NCBI GenBank assembly: GCA_027623195.1
Contig: JAQBUT010000003.1
Span: forward strand, 64,001 to 128,000
Origin: Chloroflexota bacterium
GTDB lineage: Bacteria; Chloroflexota; Dehalococcoidia; Lucifugimonadales; JADFKI01
Reading direction: 5' to 3'
DNA length: 64,000 bases
Shown here: piece by piece, positions 18,939-28,276 of the stretch
Position numbering within the stretch: the first letter of the stretch is position 1
Layout: each line of letters opens with the position of its first letter
The notes under the pieces: generated by a model
The model's input: the letters and a program-made list of their open reading frames with translations, nothing else
Databases searched by the model: none
What the model was told of the DNA's origin: nothing
Program-made: the position numbers and the translations under genes

Positions 18939-21278
18939 ATGACCACAACCTCGTCTCCGGCATTTGGAGCTAGTATCAAGCGACGGGAAGACCCACGACT
19001 GATTACCGGTCGAGGGACGTTTGTCGATGATGTGAAGCTGGTGGGCATGCTCTACATGTCCCTGGTGCGGTGTCCCTATGCCCACGCAAACATCAAGAGC
19101 ATAGACTCCTCCGCGGCCAAGGCAATGAAGGGCGTCGTAGCCGTTTATACCGGCGAAGAGCTTGCAGAACGATTGGGTTCGTTGCCCTGCGGTTGGGTTG
19201 TGCCTGACACTAAAGAGGTTCCCCATCCCCCGCTGGCCATAGGCAAGGTGCGGTGTGTCGGAGAGGCGGTCGTGGCCGTCATCGCCAGCGATCCCACCAT
19301 TGCTGCAGACGCCGCTGCGCTGGTGGATGTCGATTACGAAGAGCTTTCCGCCGTTGTGAACTCGGAATTGGCCGTGCAGAGTGGTCAGCCACAGATTCAC
19401 GATGACGCACCCAGTAACGTCTGTTTCGAGTGGGAAGTCGCGGGCGGGGACGTGACTCAGGCCGAGGCCGAGGTCACAATAAACCAACGATTCGTTAACC
19501 AACGCCTCATACCAAACTCTATGGAGGGTAGGGCGGTTATCGCCGACTTCAACCCCGGTACCAACCAGGTCACCATGTGGACCTCGTCGCAGATACCCCA
19601 CCTGGTTAAGCTGCTGCTGGCTCTCGTGACGGGCCACCCCGAGCACAATATTCACGTGATTACCCCAGATGTCGGCGGCGGGTTTGGCTGCAAGCTATAC
19701 CTGTACGCCGAGGAGTTGATCGCCTTCGCCATAGCCAAGGACCTTGCCAAGCCCATCAAGTGGACCGAGCAGCGCCAGGAGAACTACATGGCCACCACGC
19801 ACGGTCGTGACCACATCGGCGATTGGCAGATCACCGGCAAGCGCGACGGCACTATCACTAGCGTTCAGGGTGACGTATTCGCCAATATGGGTGCTTACCT
19901 ATCGACGTTCGCGCCGGCCATACCGACTTTGCTTTTCGGACTTATGCTTTCAGGGCCATACGATATAGCCAATATCCGATGCAAGGTGACGGGCGTTTTC
20001 ACAAACACTACGCCGGTGGACGCCTACAGAGGCGCTGGCCGACCGGAAGCCACCTACGTGGTCGAACGTCTGGTGGACATGTTCGCCAAGGAAATTGGCA
20101 TGGACCCGGCAGAGGTCCGTCGCAAAAACCTGATCGCGCCATTCGAGGATGGCCATGACGTGGCCACGGGTGTGACGTACGACAGTGGGAACTACCAGGG
20201 CGCTATGGATAGGGCTCTGGAGATGATTGATTACCAGGGCTTCAGGCAGGAGCAAGAGCAGGCTCGTCAGCAGGGCCGTTACCTGGGTATAGGTATTTCG
20301 TCTTTCATCGAGATTTGCGGCATGGCGCCGTCCGCTGTGGCGTATGCATTGGGCGCCAGGGCTGGCACTTGGGAAAGCGCCACCGTCCGCGTATACCACA
20401 CAGGTAAAGTAACGGTGTTCAGCGGCTCCGCTAGCACAGGCCAGGGCCACCAGACGGCGTTTGCGCAGTTGGCGGCAGCGGAGTTGGGAATCCCTATGGA
20501 AGATGTGGATGTCATAGAAAGCGATACCGACAAGGTACAGCAGGGTACTGGTACATTTGGAAGTCGCAGCGCCGCCGTGGGTGGCTCCGCCATTCATATG
20601 AGCGTGGACAAAGTGAAAGACAAGGCCAAGAAGATCGCCGCCCACATGCTGGAGGCGTCTCCTGACGACATGGTGTACGAGGACGGCAAGCTCTTCGTTG
20701 CTGGCTCACCCGCCCAGGCCAAAACTTTCCAGGAGGTGGCGCTGGCCGCTTACTGGTACGAGGGCTTCCCTGATGATCTGGAGCCTGGCTTGGAGGCCAC
20801 CAGCGTATTCGACCCGAAGAACTTCACATGGCCTTTCGGAACCCACATCTGCATTGTAGAAGTGGACGGCCAGACGGGCGAGGCCAAGGTCTTGCGCTAC
20901 GTTGCTGTCGACGACTACGGTAACGTCATCAACCCGATGATCGTGGACGGCATGGTCCACGGAGGTGTTGCCCAAGGCATCGGCCAGGCCCTGATGGAAG
21001 AGGCGATCTACTCGGACGACGGCCAGTTGGTCACGGGCAGTATGCTGGATTACGCCATACCCAAAGCGGAGGACCTGCCCTTCTTCGAGACCGAACGAAC
21101 GACTACTCCGTCACCCGCCAACCCTCTTGGAATCAAGGGCGCTGGCGAGGCTGGCACCATCGCGGCGTCACCCGCTGTCATAAACGCTGTGGTGGACGCA
21201 CTGTCTCCCTTCGGCGTGACTCACGTCGACATGCCCGCCAAGCCCGAAAAGCTTTGGAAGCTAATGCAGGGCTCTTAA
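18939..21278 (+). CDS. molybdopterin hydroxylase large subunit, form II CoxL-like (xanthine dehydrogenase family)
   Basis: KRREDPRLITGRGTFVDD, VGGGFGCK, AYRGAGRPEA, GQGHQT, GTFGSRS, GIKGAGEAG. Confidence 0.92.
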   Translation: MTTTSSPAFGASIKRREDPRLITGRGTFVDDVKLVGMLYMSLVRCPYAHANIKSIDSSAAKAMKGVVAVYTGEELAERLGSLPCGWVVPDTKEVPHPPLAIGKVRCVGEAVVAVIASDPTIAADAAALVDVDYEELSAVVNSELAVQSGQPQIHDDAPSNVCFEWEVAGGDVTQAEAEVTINQRFVNQRLIPNSMEGRAVIADFNPGTNQVTMWTSSQIPHLVKLLLALVTGHPEHNIHVITPDVGGGFGCKLYLYAEELIAFAIAKDLAKPIKWTEQRQENYMATTHGRDHIGDWQITGKRDGTITSVQGDVFANMGAYLSTFAPAIPTLLFGLMLSGPYDIANIRCKVTGVFTNTTPVDAYRGAGRPEATYVVERLVDMFAKEIGMDPAEVRRKNLIAPFEDGHDVATGVTYDSGNYQGAMDRALEMIDYQGFRQEQEQARQQGRYLGIGISSFIEICGMAPSAVAYALGARAGTWESATVRVYHTGKVTVFSGSASTGQGHQTAFAQLAAAELGIPMEDVDVIESDTDKVQQGTGTFGSRSAAVGGSAIHMSVDKVKDKAKKIAAHMLEASPDDMVYEDGKLFVAGSPAQAKTFQEVALAAYWYEGFPDDLEPGLEATSVFDPKNFTWPFGTHICIVEVDGQTGEAKVLRYVAVDDYGNVINPMIVDGMVHGGVAQGIGQALMEEAIYSDDGQLVTGSMLDYAIPKAEDLPFFETERTTTPSPANPLGIKGAGEAGTIAASPAVINAVVDALSPFGVTHVDMPAKPEKLWKLMQGS

Positions 21279-21351
21279 TAGGAAGCGGACAAGGTTCGTC
21301 TATAAAACAATGGACTGCTAGAGTAATAAGCGTTCGAAGGAGTATTCAAAT

Positions 21352-21648
21352 ATGCCGCACTACATAACGCTCATTAACTGGACTGATCAGGGTGTACAAA
21401 ACGCCAAGAGCGCGCCTCAGAGGTTCGCAGCCGCGAGACAGGCCGTGGAGGCAGCGGGTGGCAAGTTACACAGCATCTACCTCACTATGGGTGAGTACGA
21501 CCTTGTTGCCATTAGCGAGGCTCCTAATGACGAGGCATACGCCAGCCTGATGCTGGCCCTTGGCTCTCAGGGCAACATCCGCACAAAAAGCATGAGGGCT
21601 TTTGCCGAGAACGAACTGGGGAGTATCCTTGGCAACATACCTGGGTAG
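21352..21648 (+). CDS. GYD-domain protein
   Basis: YITLINWTDQG...YLTMGEYDLVAISEAP...GNIRTKSMRAF. Confidence 0.85.
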   Translation: MPHYITLINWTDQGVQNAKSAPQRFAAARQAVEAAGGKLHSIYLTMGEYDLVAISEAPNDEAYASLMLALGSQGNIRTKSMRAFAENELGSILGNIPG

Positions 21649-21742
21649 CCTACCAGATGGTAAAATAGCCCTGATAACCCTTTGATTGATATAGAAAATT
21701 GCAATTGCCCCGCGTAAGCGGGGCTTTGCATATGAGGCGCAA

Positions 21743-22639
21743 TTGGCAGACGAAATCCAGTTGGAAGACCCTATAAAAGACATTCTGGACAGGCTGGCTG
21801 CCGAGGGCTACATTGCAGACCCGGCGATCGCCACCTCCATCTACATGGCGCAGATGCTGGAGCGGCCCCTGCTGGTGGAAGGCCGACCTGGCGTGGGCAA
21901 GACGGAGATAGCCAACGTTATGGCTCGGCTACTAGACACCAGGCTCATTCGCTTGCAGTGCTATGAAGGGCTCGACGTGACCACCGCGCTGTACGAGTGG
22001 AACTACCCCAAACAGATGCTGTGGATCAAGCTGGACGAGGAGAGCGGTCGCACCACTAAGGAGCGTGAGCAGCAGATTTTCTCACAAGAGTTCCTGCTGG
22101 AGCGTCCCCTGCTGGCGGCCCTGACTGAGAAGGAAAAGGCTCCTGTCCTGCTCATCGATGAGGTGGACCGCGCCGACGAGGAGTTCGAGGCGTTCTTGCT
22201 GGAGGTGCTGTCCGACTTCCAGGTGACGGTGCCGGAGATAGGCACCATCAAGGCCAAGCACAAGCCCCTGGTCATCCTCACGTCCAACCGCACTCGCGAC
22301 CTGTCCGACGCGCTGCGACGGCGTTGCCTCTACCTGTGGATCGACTTCCCCGACCTGGACAAGGAGCTGCGTATTGTGCGCTCCAAGGTACAGGGCATCG
22401 AGGAAAAGCTCGCCCGTCAAGTGGTGCGCTTCGTGGACAGCTCTCGCCACGTCGGCCTGGACAAGGTGCCGGGCATTTCGGAGACGCTGGATTGGGCCAA
22501 GGCCATGGTAGTACTGCACATGGACCACCTGGACCACGACTCGGTGGAACGGACTCTGGGCGCGCTGGTCAAGGACGCCGACGACCTGGAGAAGTTCCGC
22601 AACGAGACCATAGACGAGATCCTCAGCAAGATTTCCTAG
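21743..22639 (+). CDS. MoxR-family AAA+ ATPase, CoxD-like
   Basis: EGRPGVGKT Walker A, LQCYEGLD, LLIDEVDRADEEFEAFLLE, LSDALRRRC. Confidence 0.92.
   Translation: MADEIQLEDPIKDILDRLAAEGYIADPAIATSIYMAQMLERPLLVEGRPGVGKTEIANVMARLLDTRLIRLQCYEGLDVTTALYEWNYPKQMLWIKLDEESGRTTKEREQQIFSQEFLLERPLLAALTEKEKAPVLLIDEVDRADEEFEAFLLEVLSDFQVTVPEIGTIKAKHKPLVILTSNRTRDLSDALRRRCLYLWIDFPDLDKELRIVRSKVQGIEEKLARQVVRFVDSSRHVGLDKVPGISETLDWAKAMVVLHMDHLDHDSVERTLGALVKDADDLEKFRNETIDEILSKIS
22454..22530 (+). repeat. coxD segment duplicated at 23362-23438
   Basis: Near-identical 77-bp direct repeat. Confidence 0.9.
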
Positions 22640-22757
22640 CCTGGTGAAGCGGTAGAATTACCAGGTGATGTCGCCTACAATGACCTCGCGGCCGGTTATA
22701 GACTTGTGAGTCGCGGGAAGTGTCATAATCATTGCGCTATAGCGAGGGACAAGACCG

Positions 22758-23492
22758 ATGCAGGATGTCGTCGAGAGACTTCTCAGCAATATTGAGCGGT
22801 TTATGAGGTGGGTATATCCAGGCCTACTGCTGCTTGTCCTTCTTCATTTTGGAGGCCGAGTGGAACTGGAGACAATTCTTGGTGTGGAGCGGCAATCGGC
22901 AGCAGTTCAAATATTCGCGTTGGCTGTCATTGCCTTTGTGTCCAGTTTCATCATCTATTCCCTACACCGTTATGTGGTCCAGGAGTTTATTGAATATGTG
23001 ATGTTCTGGTTTAAGCGTGGACCTGTGGCAGCGGGTGCGTGTAAACGTGGGCAATTGCCTCCGACTTGGCGGCGAATCATTGTAATCTGGGATTTCTGGT
23101 TGTGGAACAGTCAATTTCAGCGTCGAAAGTTTGGCATACTGCGGGTTAACGAGGTTGAACGTAAATTCACAGATTTTCTCATGTATAACTGGGCTTTGAC
23201 CCACGCTATGGGTGTGACAGCCTGGATGATTCCGTTAGTGTACTGTCGGTCATCTCCCGGCTCTGACTTGAGCAAATGGGGTGGGGAGGTACTCGCCCTC
23301 ACGATTCTCTTTGCATTAGCTTGGGTATGGCAAGTTGGCAACAATACGGCCGCTGACACGGGGCTTGGACAAGGTGCCGGGCATATCGGAGACGCTGGAC
23401 TGGGCCAAGGCCATGGTAGTACTGCACATGGACCATCTTGCCCATGTCACTTACAATGGCGTTGTAGGTATTCCGAGACGTTCGATTTGTGA
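22758..23492 (+). CDS. foreign multi-TM membrane protein, C-terminus replaced by an out-of-frame coxD fragment
   Basis: About 4 hydrophobic segments, AT-richer than flanks; the tail after ~23362 reads through the duplicated coxD DNA. Confidence 0.6.
   Translation: MQDVVERLLSNIERFMRWVYPGLLLLVLLHFGGRVELETILGVERQSAAVQIFALAVIAFVSSFIIYSLHRYVVQEFIEYVMFWFKRGPVAAGACKRGQLPPTWRRIIVIWDFWLWNSQFQRRKFGILRVNEVERKFTDFLMYNWALTHAMGVTAWMIPLVYCRSSPGSDLSKWGGEVLALTILFALAWVWQVGNNTAADTGLGQGAGHIGDAGLGQGHGSTAHGPSCPCHLQWRCRYSETFDL
23362..23438 (+). repeat. second copy of the coxD segment (GLDKVPGISETLDWAKAMVVLHMDHL)
   Basis: Direct repeat of 22454-22530 with synonymous differences. Confidence 0.9.
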
Positions 23493-23502
23493 GAAATATT
23501 TT

Positions 23503-23727
23503 ATGCCAACGGTTTCGGGTAATAGTGGACCTTATCGTTTTTTCTTTTATAGCTTCGATTGTATTGAACCTCCACATGTGCACGTGCGCAGGGACAAAAT
23601 GACCTGCAAATTTTGGCTTGCATAGAATTCACTGGGGAGTAACTCTGGATTTTCTCCAAGAGAGTTGAATCGTATTAGAGGTTTAGTACGGGATAATCAC
23701 GAAAGAATTACGTAGGCATGCGGATGA
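23503..23727 (+). pseudogene. DUF4160-family (putative toxin) pseudogene
   Basis: GPYRFFFYSFDCIEPPHVHV...KFWL; TAG at 23623 and 23713 plus an apparent 1-nt insertion near the end. Confidence 0.8.
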
Positions 23728-23999
23728 ACATTGCGGGTACCGGTGAACCCAAGATTACCTCTATCGAAGTCTCCGATGAGTTAATTACTACTCATCTGGT
23801 GGATGGTCGCATGATTAGCGTGCCATTAGCATGGTCCTGGAGATTGTCGGACGCCACCCCGGAGCAGCGGGATAATGTTGAGATCATCGGCTCTGGAGAG
23901 GGCTTGCATTGGCCTGATATCGATGAAGATATAAGTGCTACTGGAATGCTTTACGGCGAGCCAGCTCACCCTCCGAAGGAAAAAGCTACGCAATGCTAA
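23724..23999 (+). CDS. DUF2442-family protein (putative antitoxin)
   Basis: LVDGRMISVPLAWSWRLSDATPEQR...GLHWPDIDEDIS; overlaps the DUF4160 end. Confidence 0.85.
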   Translation: MNIAGTGEPKITSIEVSDELITTHLVDGRMISVPLAWSWRLSDATPEQRDNVEIIGSGEGLHWPDIDEDISATGMLYGEPAHPPKEKATQC

Positions 24000-24093
24000 C
24001 GTTGCTCCAGAGGTTGGAGTTAATTTCCTAGTCCATCACCTTATGCTGTACTATTGCCTCCGTTATTGAATTCCCCAACTCGGAGGTCACCCC

Positions 24094-25758
24094 ATGCCCC
24101 GAATGACAGGTAAGAAGGCCCTTATGGAAATGCTGCGGGCTGAGGGCGTCGAGTACATCTTCGGCAATCCCGGCACCAGCGAAGGGCCTATTCTCGACGA
24201 ACTGGAGAACTACCCCGACCTCAAATACATGCTAGCCACACAAGAGGGCGCAGCTATGGGCATGGCCGACGCGTACGCCCGTTCCCGTAACGCCCCGGCC
24301 TTCGTGAACCTGCATATCGAGACCGGCTTGGCCAATGGCATAAGCCTGCTGGCCAACGCCGCCGAAGGCAACACCCCGCTGGTCCTGACCTCCGCCAACA
24401 AGGACATCCGCAAGCTTGTAGAGGGTCGCCCAGACCTTACTGAAATGGTGAGCCAGTTCTGCAAGTGGAGCGCCGAGGTCACTCACCCCGAGCAGGTGCC
24501 TGGTGTCATGCGGCGCGCATTCAACGAAGCCAAGACGCCGCCCATGGGGCCGACTTACGTCGCTTTCTCGGCAAACGCCCTGGACGACGAGGGCGAGATG
24601 GACATTGTGCCTTCGTCGAAAAGTTACTCGCGCACCGGGCCAGACAGCAGAGCCGTGGAGGATGCCTCGGCCATATTCGCGGATGCGTTAAACCCCGTTA
24701 TGATAGTCGGCGACAGGGTCGGGCAGTCCGGTGGCAGCGCGGAGGCCGTGCGCGTGGCCGAGCTTCTAGGGGCCAGGGTCTACGCCACGAACTTCTCGCA
24801 GGTCAACTTCCCCACTAGCCATCCGCAGTTCATGGGTATGCTAAACCCGACCATGCCTGCAGGGCGGAAGGTGTTGGAGTCTGCGGACGCCGTGCTGGCC
24901 GTGGGCACCGACGTATTTTCAGGCCTCTTTCACTTCTCCGGACGAGCTCTTGATCCAGACGCCAGGCTGGTGCACATAGATTGTGATGCGAGTGAAATCG
25001 GCAAGAGTGAGCCTACGGACATTGGCATTCTGGCCGATCCCAAGGTGGCCCTGGCGGAGCTAGCCGCTGCTCTGGAATCGTCCATGTCGGGTTCTGCACA
25101 GGAGGCTGCCAAGGGTCGCGCAGCCACCGTAGCGCAGGAAAAAGCCGCGCAAAAACAGGCGTGGCAGAGCCGTGTGCAGGACCGCTGGAATATGGAGACC
25201 ATGTCTGCCGAGCGCATGATGGCGGAGCTAGCCGCTGCGTTGCCAAGCGACGCTATCATCGTTGACGACGCCGTGACCACGCGCGCCGCCATATTCGGCG
25301 CCATGGACTTTGACGAACCAGGGAGCATCCTTGGCATCACAGGGGGCGCGTTGGGGTGGGGAATGGGCGGCACGCTGGGAGCCAAGCTGGCTAACCCGAA
25401 CAGGTCTGTGGTTGGCATTGTCGGCGACGGCAGCGCCATGATGACCGTGCAGGCGTTGTGGACAGCCGCTAACGCCGACATTCCTGTGGTCTACGTAGTC
25501 TGCAACAACCAGGCTTATCGAGTGCTCAAGCTCAACATGAACATATATAAAGAGCAGGTGCTTCAGGAAGAGAATCCGCAAAGCCAGTACATCGCCATGG
25601 ACTTCCCCACGCCGTTTAATCTTGCAGGAATGGCGGAGGCTATGGGCGTCTACGGCAAAAAAATCACCGACCCGATAGAGATTGGCCCCGCCCTAAAAGC
25701 TGCGCTGGCCTCCGGGAAGCCAGCATTGCTCGATATTTCGATAGACGGATCGCTGTAG
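24094..25758 (+). CDS. thiamine-diphosphate-dependent enzyme (benzoylformate decarboxylase-like)
   Basis: IFGNPGTSE, QEGAAMGMADAYAR, VGDGSAMM...NNQAY ThDP motif. Confidence 0.9.
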   Translation: MPRMTGKKALMEMLRAEGVEYIFGNPGTSEGPILDELENYPDLKYMLATQEGAAMGMADAYARSRNAPAFVNLHIETGLANGISLLANAAEGNTPLVLTSANKDIRKLVEGRPDLTEMVSQFCKWSAEVTHPEQVPGVMRRAFNEAKTPPMGPTYVAFSANALDDEGEMDIVPSSKSYSRTGPDSRAVEDASAIFADALNPVMIVGDRVGQSGGSAEAVRVAELLGARVYATNFSQVNFPTSHPQFMGMLNPTMPAGRKVLESADAVLAVGTDVFSGLFHFSGRALDPDARLVHIDCDASEIGKSEPTDIGILADPKVALAELAAALESSMSGSAQEAAKGRAATVAQEKAAQKQAWQSRVQDRWNMETMSAERMMAELAAALPSDAIIVDDAVTTRAAIFGAMDFDEPGSILGITGGALGWGMGGTLGAKLANPNRSVVGIVGDGSAMMTVQALWTAANADIPVVYVVCNNQAYRVLKLNMNIYKEQVLQEENPQSQYIAMDFPTPFNLAGMAEAMGVYGKKITDPIEIGPALKAALASGKPALLDISIDGSL

Positions 25759-25852
25759 GCTGTAGGACGCATCTAGCAGCGATACTCATCGTGTGAATTG
25801 GCATGGTCTCCGGGCTGCCGGTGCGATAAACATTGCGCTTAAAATGTAAGAA

Positions 25853-25877
25853 TAGGGCGGCCTTGCGACCGCCCCTA
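25853..25877. terminator. hairpin between convergent genes
   Basis: TAGGGCGGCC-ttgc-GACCGCCCCTA. Confidence 0.55.
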
Positions 25878-25895
25878 CATTCGTTGATTTGGGAT

Positions 25896-26456
25896 CTAGG
25901 GCTTGCGGCCCAGCATGCCTAGCATCTTGTCCTGGATGCTGGCGCTGTCGGGCACGCTAACCGCGGCTCCGAAGGCTCCGCCCTGGCGCATGCCATCCAT
26001 CATCGGCGCCATGCCCTGGTAGATCATGCCGGCGAAGTCGCCGTTAAGACTGGTGTCTTGCCCGGTGGCCTTGGCCAGGTCCCACCCGTGAACGAAGGTG
26101 TCCATGAACGCGCCGAACATGAACTCACCGCCGGCCATTTCGCCAAAAGGTGTGTTGTACTTCTTCTCCATTGCCCCGGGGTTCCCGGCCTCGGATATGA
26201 CCTTCTTGGTCAGAGTATCGTATGAGTCGGCCGGACTGCCTCCACCAGACGGCGGCTGAGGCTCTTCCCCGGCCAGAGACGCGCCGAAGAACGCTGCACC
26301 ACCGACGAGGTGTTCTACCAGAGCCCCAACGTTCCATTCGCTGCAAGGTGTGGAAGCGCTCATCTGGTCGGGCCTAATGCTGGCAATGATGCCGCGGGTT
26401 GTTTCGGCCGCAGCTTGGTAAAGTTCTATGGGATTGGGCATTGCTTGTTCAGTCAC
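25896..26456 (-). CDS. TIGR03086-like DinB/maleylpyruvate isomerase superfamily metal-binding protein
   Basis: TPCSEWNVGALVEHL, FVHGWDLAKATGQ, QDKMLGMLGR. Confidence 0.85.
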   Translation of the reverse strand: MTEQAMPNPIELYQAAAETTRGIIASIRPDQMSASTPCSEWNVGALVEHLVGGAAFFGASLAGEEPQPPSGGGSPADSYDTLTKKVISEAGNPGAMEKKYNTPFGEMAGGEFMFGAFMDTFVHGWDLAKATGQDTSLNGDFAGMIYQGMAPMMDGMRQGGAFGAAVSVPDSASIQDKMLGMLGRKP

Positions 26457-26576
26457 GGTCTTCTCCTTTTGGGTGCTATATTTGCTTTATGTTGATTGAA
26501 ACTGGCCCTTTACCGTAGCTCAGATTATTAACTTCACGGCTAGTGGCCAGACTTCGGAGAAAGGCTTAAACTGAGG

Positions 26577-26699
26577 TGTCCTGCTGAGTTGGAAGCGCAG
26601 CGTCGAGGGAGGCGCCGATTTCATCGGGTGTCCTCGATTCGTTACAGCGAATCGGGACTTAAAACTGCGGTCCTCGATGCGCGCAGACTTGGCGGGACA
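26577..26699 (+). other. structured intergenic element (REP/MITE-like or ncRNA)
   Basis: Long closing stem with G-U pairs enclosing two internal hairpins. Confidence 0.55.
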
Positions 26700-26701
26700 T
26701 C

Positions 26702-27094
26702 TTAGTTTTCCAGGGCCTTACTCATGGGCACCCAGTAGTAGGTGCGCCATCCGTCGTTAATAGATTCATACTTGTCGGCAGGCACGCCAGCCTGAACGAA
26801 CGACAATTGCGTTTCGCCTTCCTCTTCCTCTAGAAGAAACGTTACGGTTGAGTGGTGCCCCTCGGGCCAGTCCCCCGCACGCCACGACTGGACGATCATC
26901 CTGTCCTTAACCAGATCCAGATTTTTGCCGCCCAGCCCGCCGCCCATGATCGTAAAGTTGCCACCCACCTCACGACTTATCTTTGCTTCGCCCCCAGTAA
27001 AAGCCGAATGCTTTTCCGAGTCCATGAGCAACTCATAAACCTGGTGTGGGCTACCCGCCAGCTTCAGAGTGTGGTCTACTGTTTTGTACTCCAT
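26702..27094 (-). CDS. SRPBCC/AHSA1-like protein
   Basis: VYELLMDSEKHSAFTG...IVQSWRAGDWPEGHHSTVTF...GWRTYYW. Confidence 0.9.
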   Translation of the reverse strand: MEYKTVDHTLKLAGSPHQVYELLMDSEKHSAFTGGEAKISREVGGNFTIMGGGLGGKNLDLVKDRMIVQSWRAGDWPEGHHSTVTFLLEEEEGETQLSFVQAGVPADKYESINDGWRTYYWVPMSKALEN

Positions 27095-27134
27095 TGGTCT
27101 CCTTTCTTCTCTTTCCACAGTTGTTCTTGCCGAT

Positions 27135-27614
27135 TTACTTGTCGTCCAATGCGGGTCCGAAGGTGTTCTCCAACATCATCGTCCAGCCTTGTGCGTGCAG
27201 GTCGCGTACCTCTTCCGTGGGGAATAGTTCGTGGGTAAGAATCATCTCTGTCGAGTCGCCTCTATCGAGGAACTCGATTGTCACCAAAGTGTCTCCCATC
27301 TCCATAGTGTCCGGCATACCCTGCTCCCAGGACCATGTGTACACCAGCTTCTCTGGAGGAACCACTTCTCTGAACTCGCCTACTACGACATGAAGGCTGT
27401 CGTCGGGTGCCTTCATGCCCAGTCTGTAATGGCCACCCACCCGCAGGTCGACCTCTACAATGGCTGCAGTGTAGTCGTTTTGTATGCCCCACCAGCGGCT
27501 AAGGTGTTCCGGCTGCGTCCATACGTCGAACACTCGCTGTCTGGGCGCTGAAAAAATCCTGCTCATGCGGAGCATGTATCCCATACCTGGTGGGGTATTA
27601 ACCATCGTTTTCAT
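27135..27614 (-). CDS. SRPBCC/AHSA1-like protein
   Basis: SAPRQRVFDVWTQPE, VDLRVGGHYR, GEFREVVPPEKLVYTWSW, HAQGW. Confidence 0.9.
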   Translation of the reverse strand: MKTMVNTPPGMGYMLRMSRIFSAPRQRVFDVWTQPEHLSRWWGIQNDYTAAIVEVDLRVGGHYRLGMKAPDDSLHVVVGEFREVVPPEKLVYTWSWEQGMPDTMEMGDTLVTIEFLDRGDSTEMILTHELFPTEEVRDLHAQGWTMMLENTFGPALDDK

Positions 27615-27975
27615 CCTTCTCTCTAGTTGGTTCGCCGCCAGCGTCCTCTGATAAATACACCTCCAGGGCATCGAACTGGTTCGCCCAGAAGCGCCGGTAC
27701 CGCTCCATCCACCGTGCCGCGTCACGCATGGCCTCCGCGTGTAGCAGGCAACGAAAGAATCGCCCGTCGCGTTCCCTGCTCAGCAGGCCGGCCTTCTCCA
27801 AAACACCCAGATGCTTGGAAATTGCCGGAAGAGACATCTCGAATGGCTCCGCCAGCTCCCCTACGGACGCCTCGCCTCTGGAAAGCCTCTCCAGTATTGC
27901 CCTTCGAGTTGGGTCCGAGAGCGCTGAGAAGACAAGGTTCAACTCCTCCTCAGGCGCTATTTGGTCAGTCGTCAT
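27598..27975 (-). CDS. ArsR/SmtB family transcriptional regulator
   Basis: FSALSDPTRRAILERL, SLPAISKHLGVLEKAGL. Confidence 0.92.
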   Translation of the reverse strand: MTTDQIAPEEELNLVFSALSDPTRRAILERLSRGEASVGELAEPFEMSLPAISKHLGVLEKAGLLSRERDGRFFRCLLHAEAMRDAARWMERYRRFWANQFDALEVYLSEDAGGEPTREKDENDG

Positions 27976-27999
27976 AAAGTTGATAACTCCACTTCTGCG

Positions 28000-28251
28000 T
28001 TAGTTGCAGAGAGCGTGTCCGTCAGAATCCACCATGCCAGCCACTACGCCCGGGGCGCTGGGCGCGAATACACGCAAGGTCTGACCAAAGTCCGGCCCTG
28101 CCAGAACGCCTGCCACGAAGCCCTTACCAAAGCCCTGGCAGCCGTCTGAATGGCCCCCGTCGTGGGCCTACGCCGCGCCCACGCCGGAAAACGACAGAGC
28201 GGATAAGGCCAATACCGCCGCGAATGCTACGGTTGTGGCAAAACGTTTCAT
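28000..28251 (-). pseudogene. 83-codon secreted peptide with an in-frame TAG at codon 28
   Basis: Not in the ORF track; GGAGG RBS; MKRFATTVAFAAVLALSALSFSGVGAA*AHDGGHSDGCQGFG...DGHALCN*. Confidence 0.65.
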
Positions 28252-28276
28252 TGAAAAACCTCCAACCAAATAATAT

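Noticed and set aside
18939..21278. True aerobic CO dehydrogenase (form I coxL)
   Set aside because: Motif is AYRGAGR; it lacks the Cu-binding AYxCSFR
22454..23439. Diversity-generating retroelement TR/VR pair
   Set aside because: Mismatches are not adenine-specific and there is no reverse transcriptase in the window
25052..25238. 19-bp repeat TGGCGGAGCTAGCCGCTGC within the ThDP enzyme
   Set aside because: Both encode AELAAA helices; explained by codon bias
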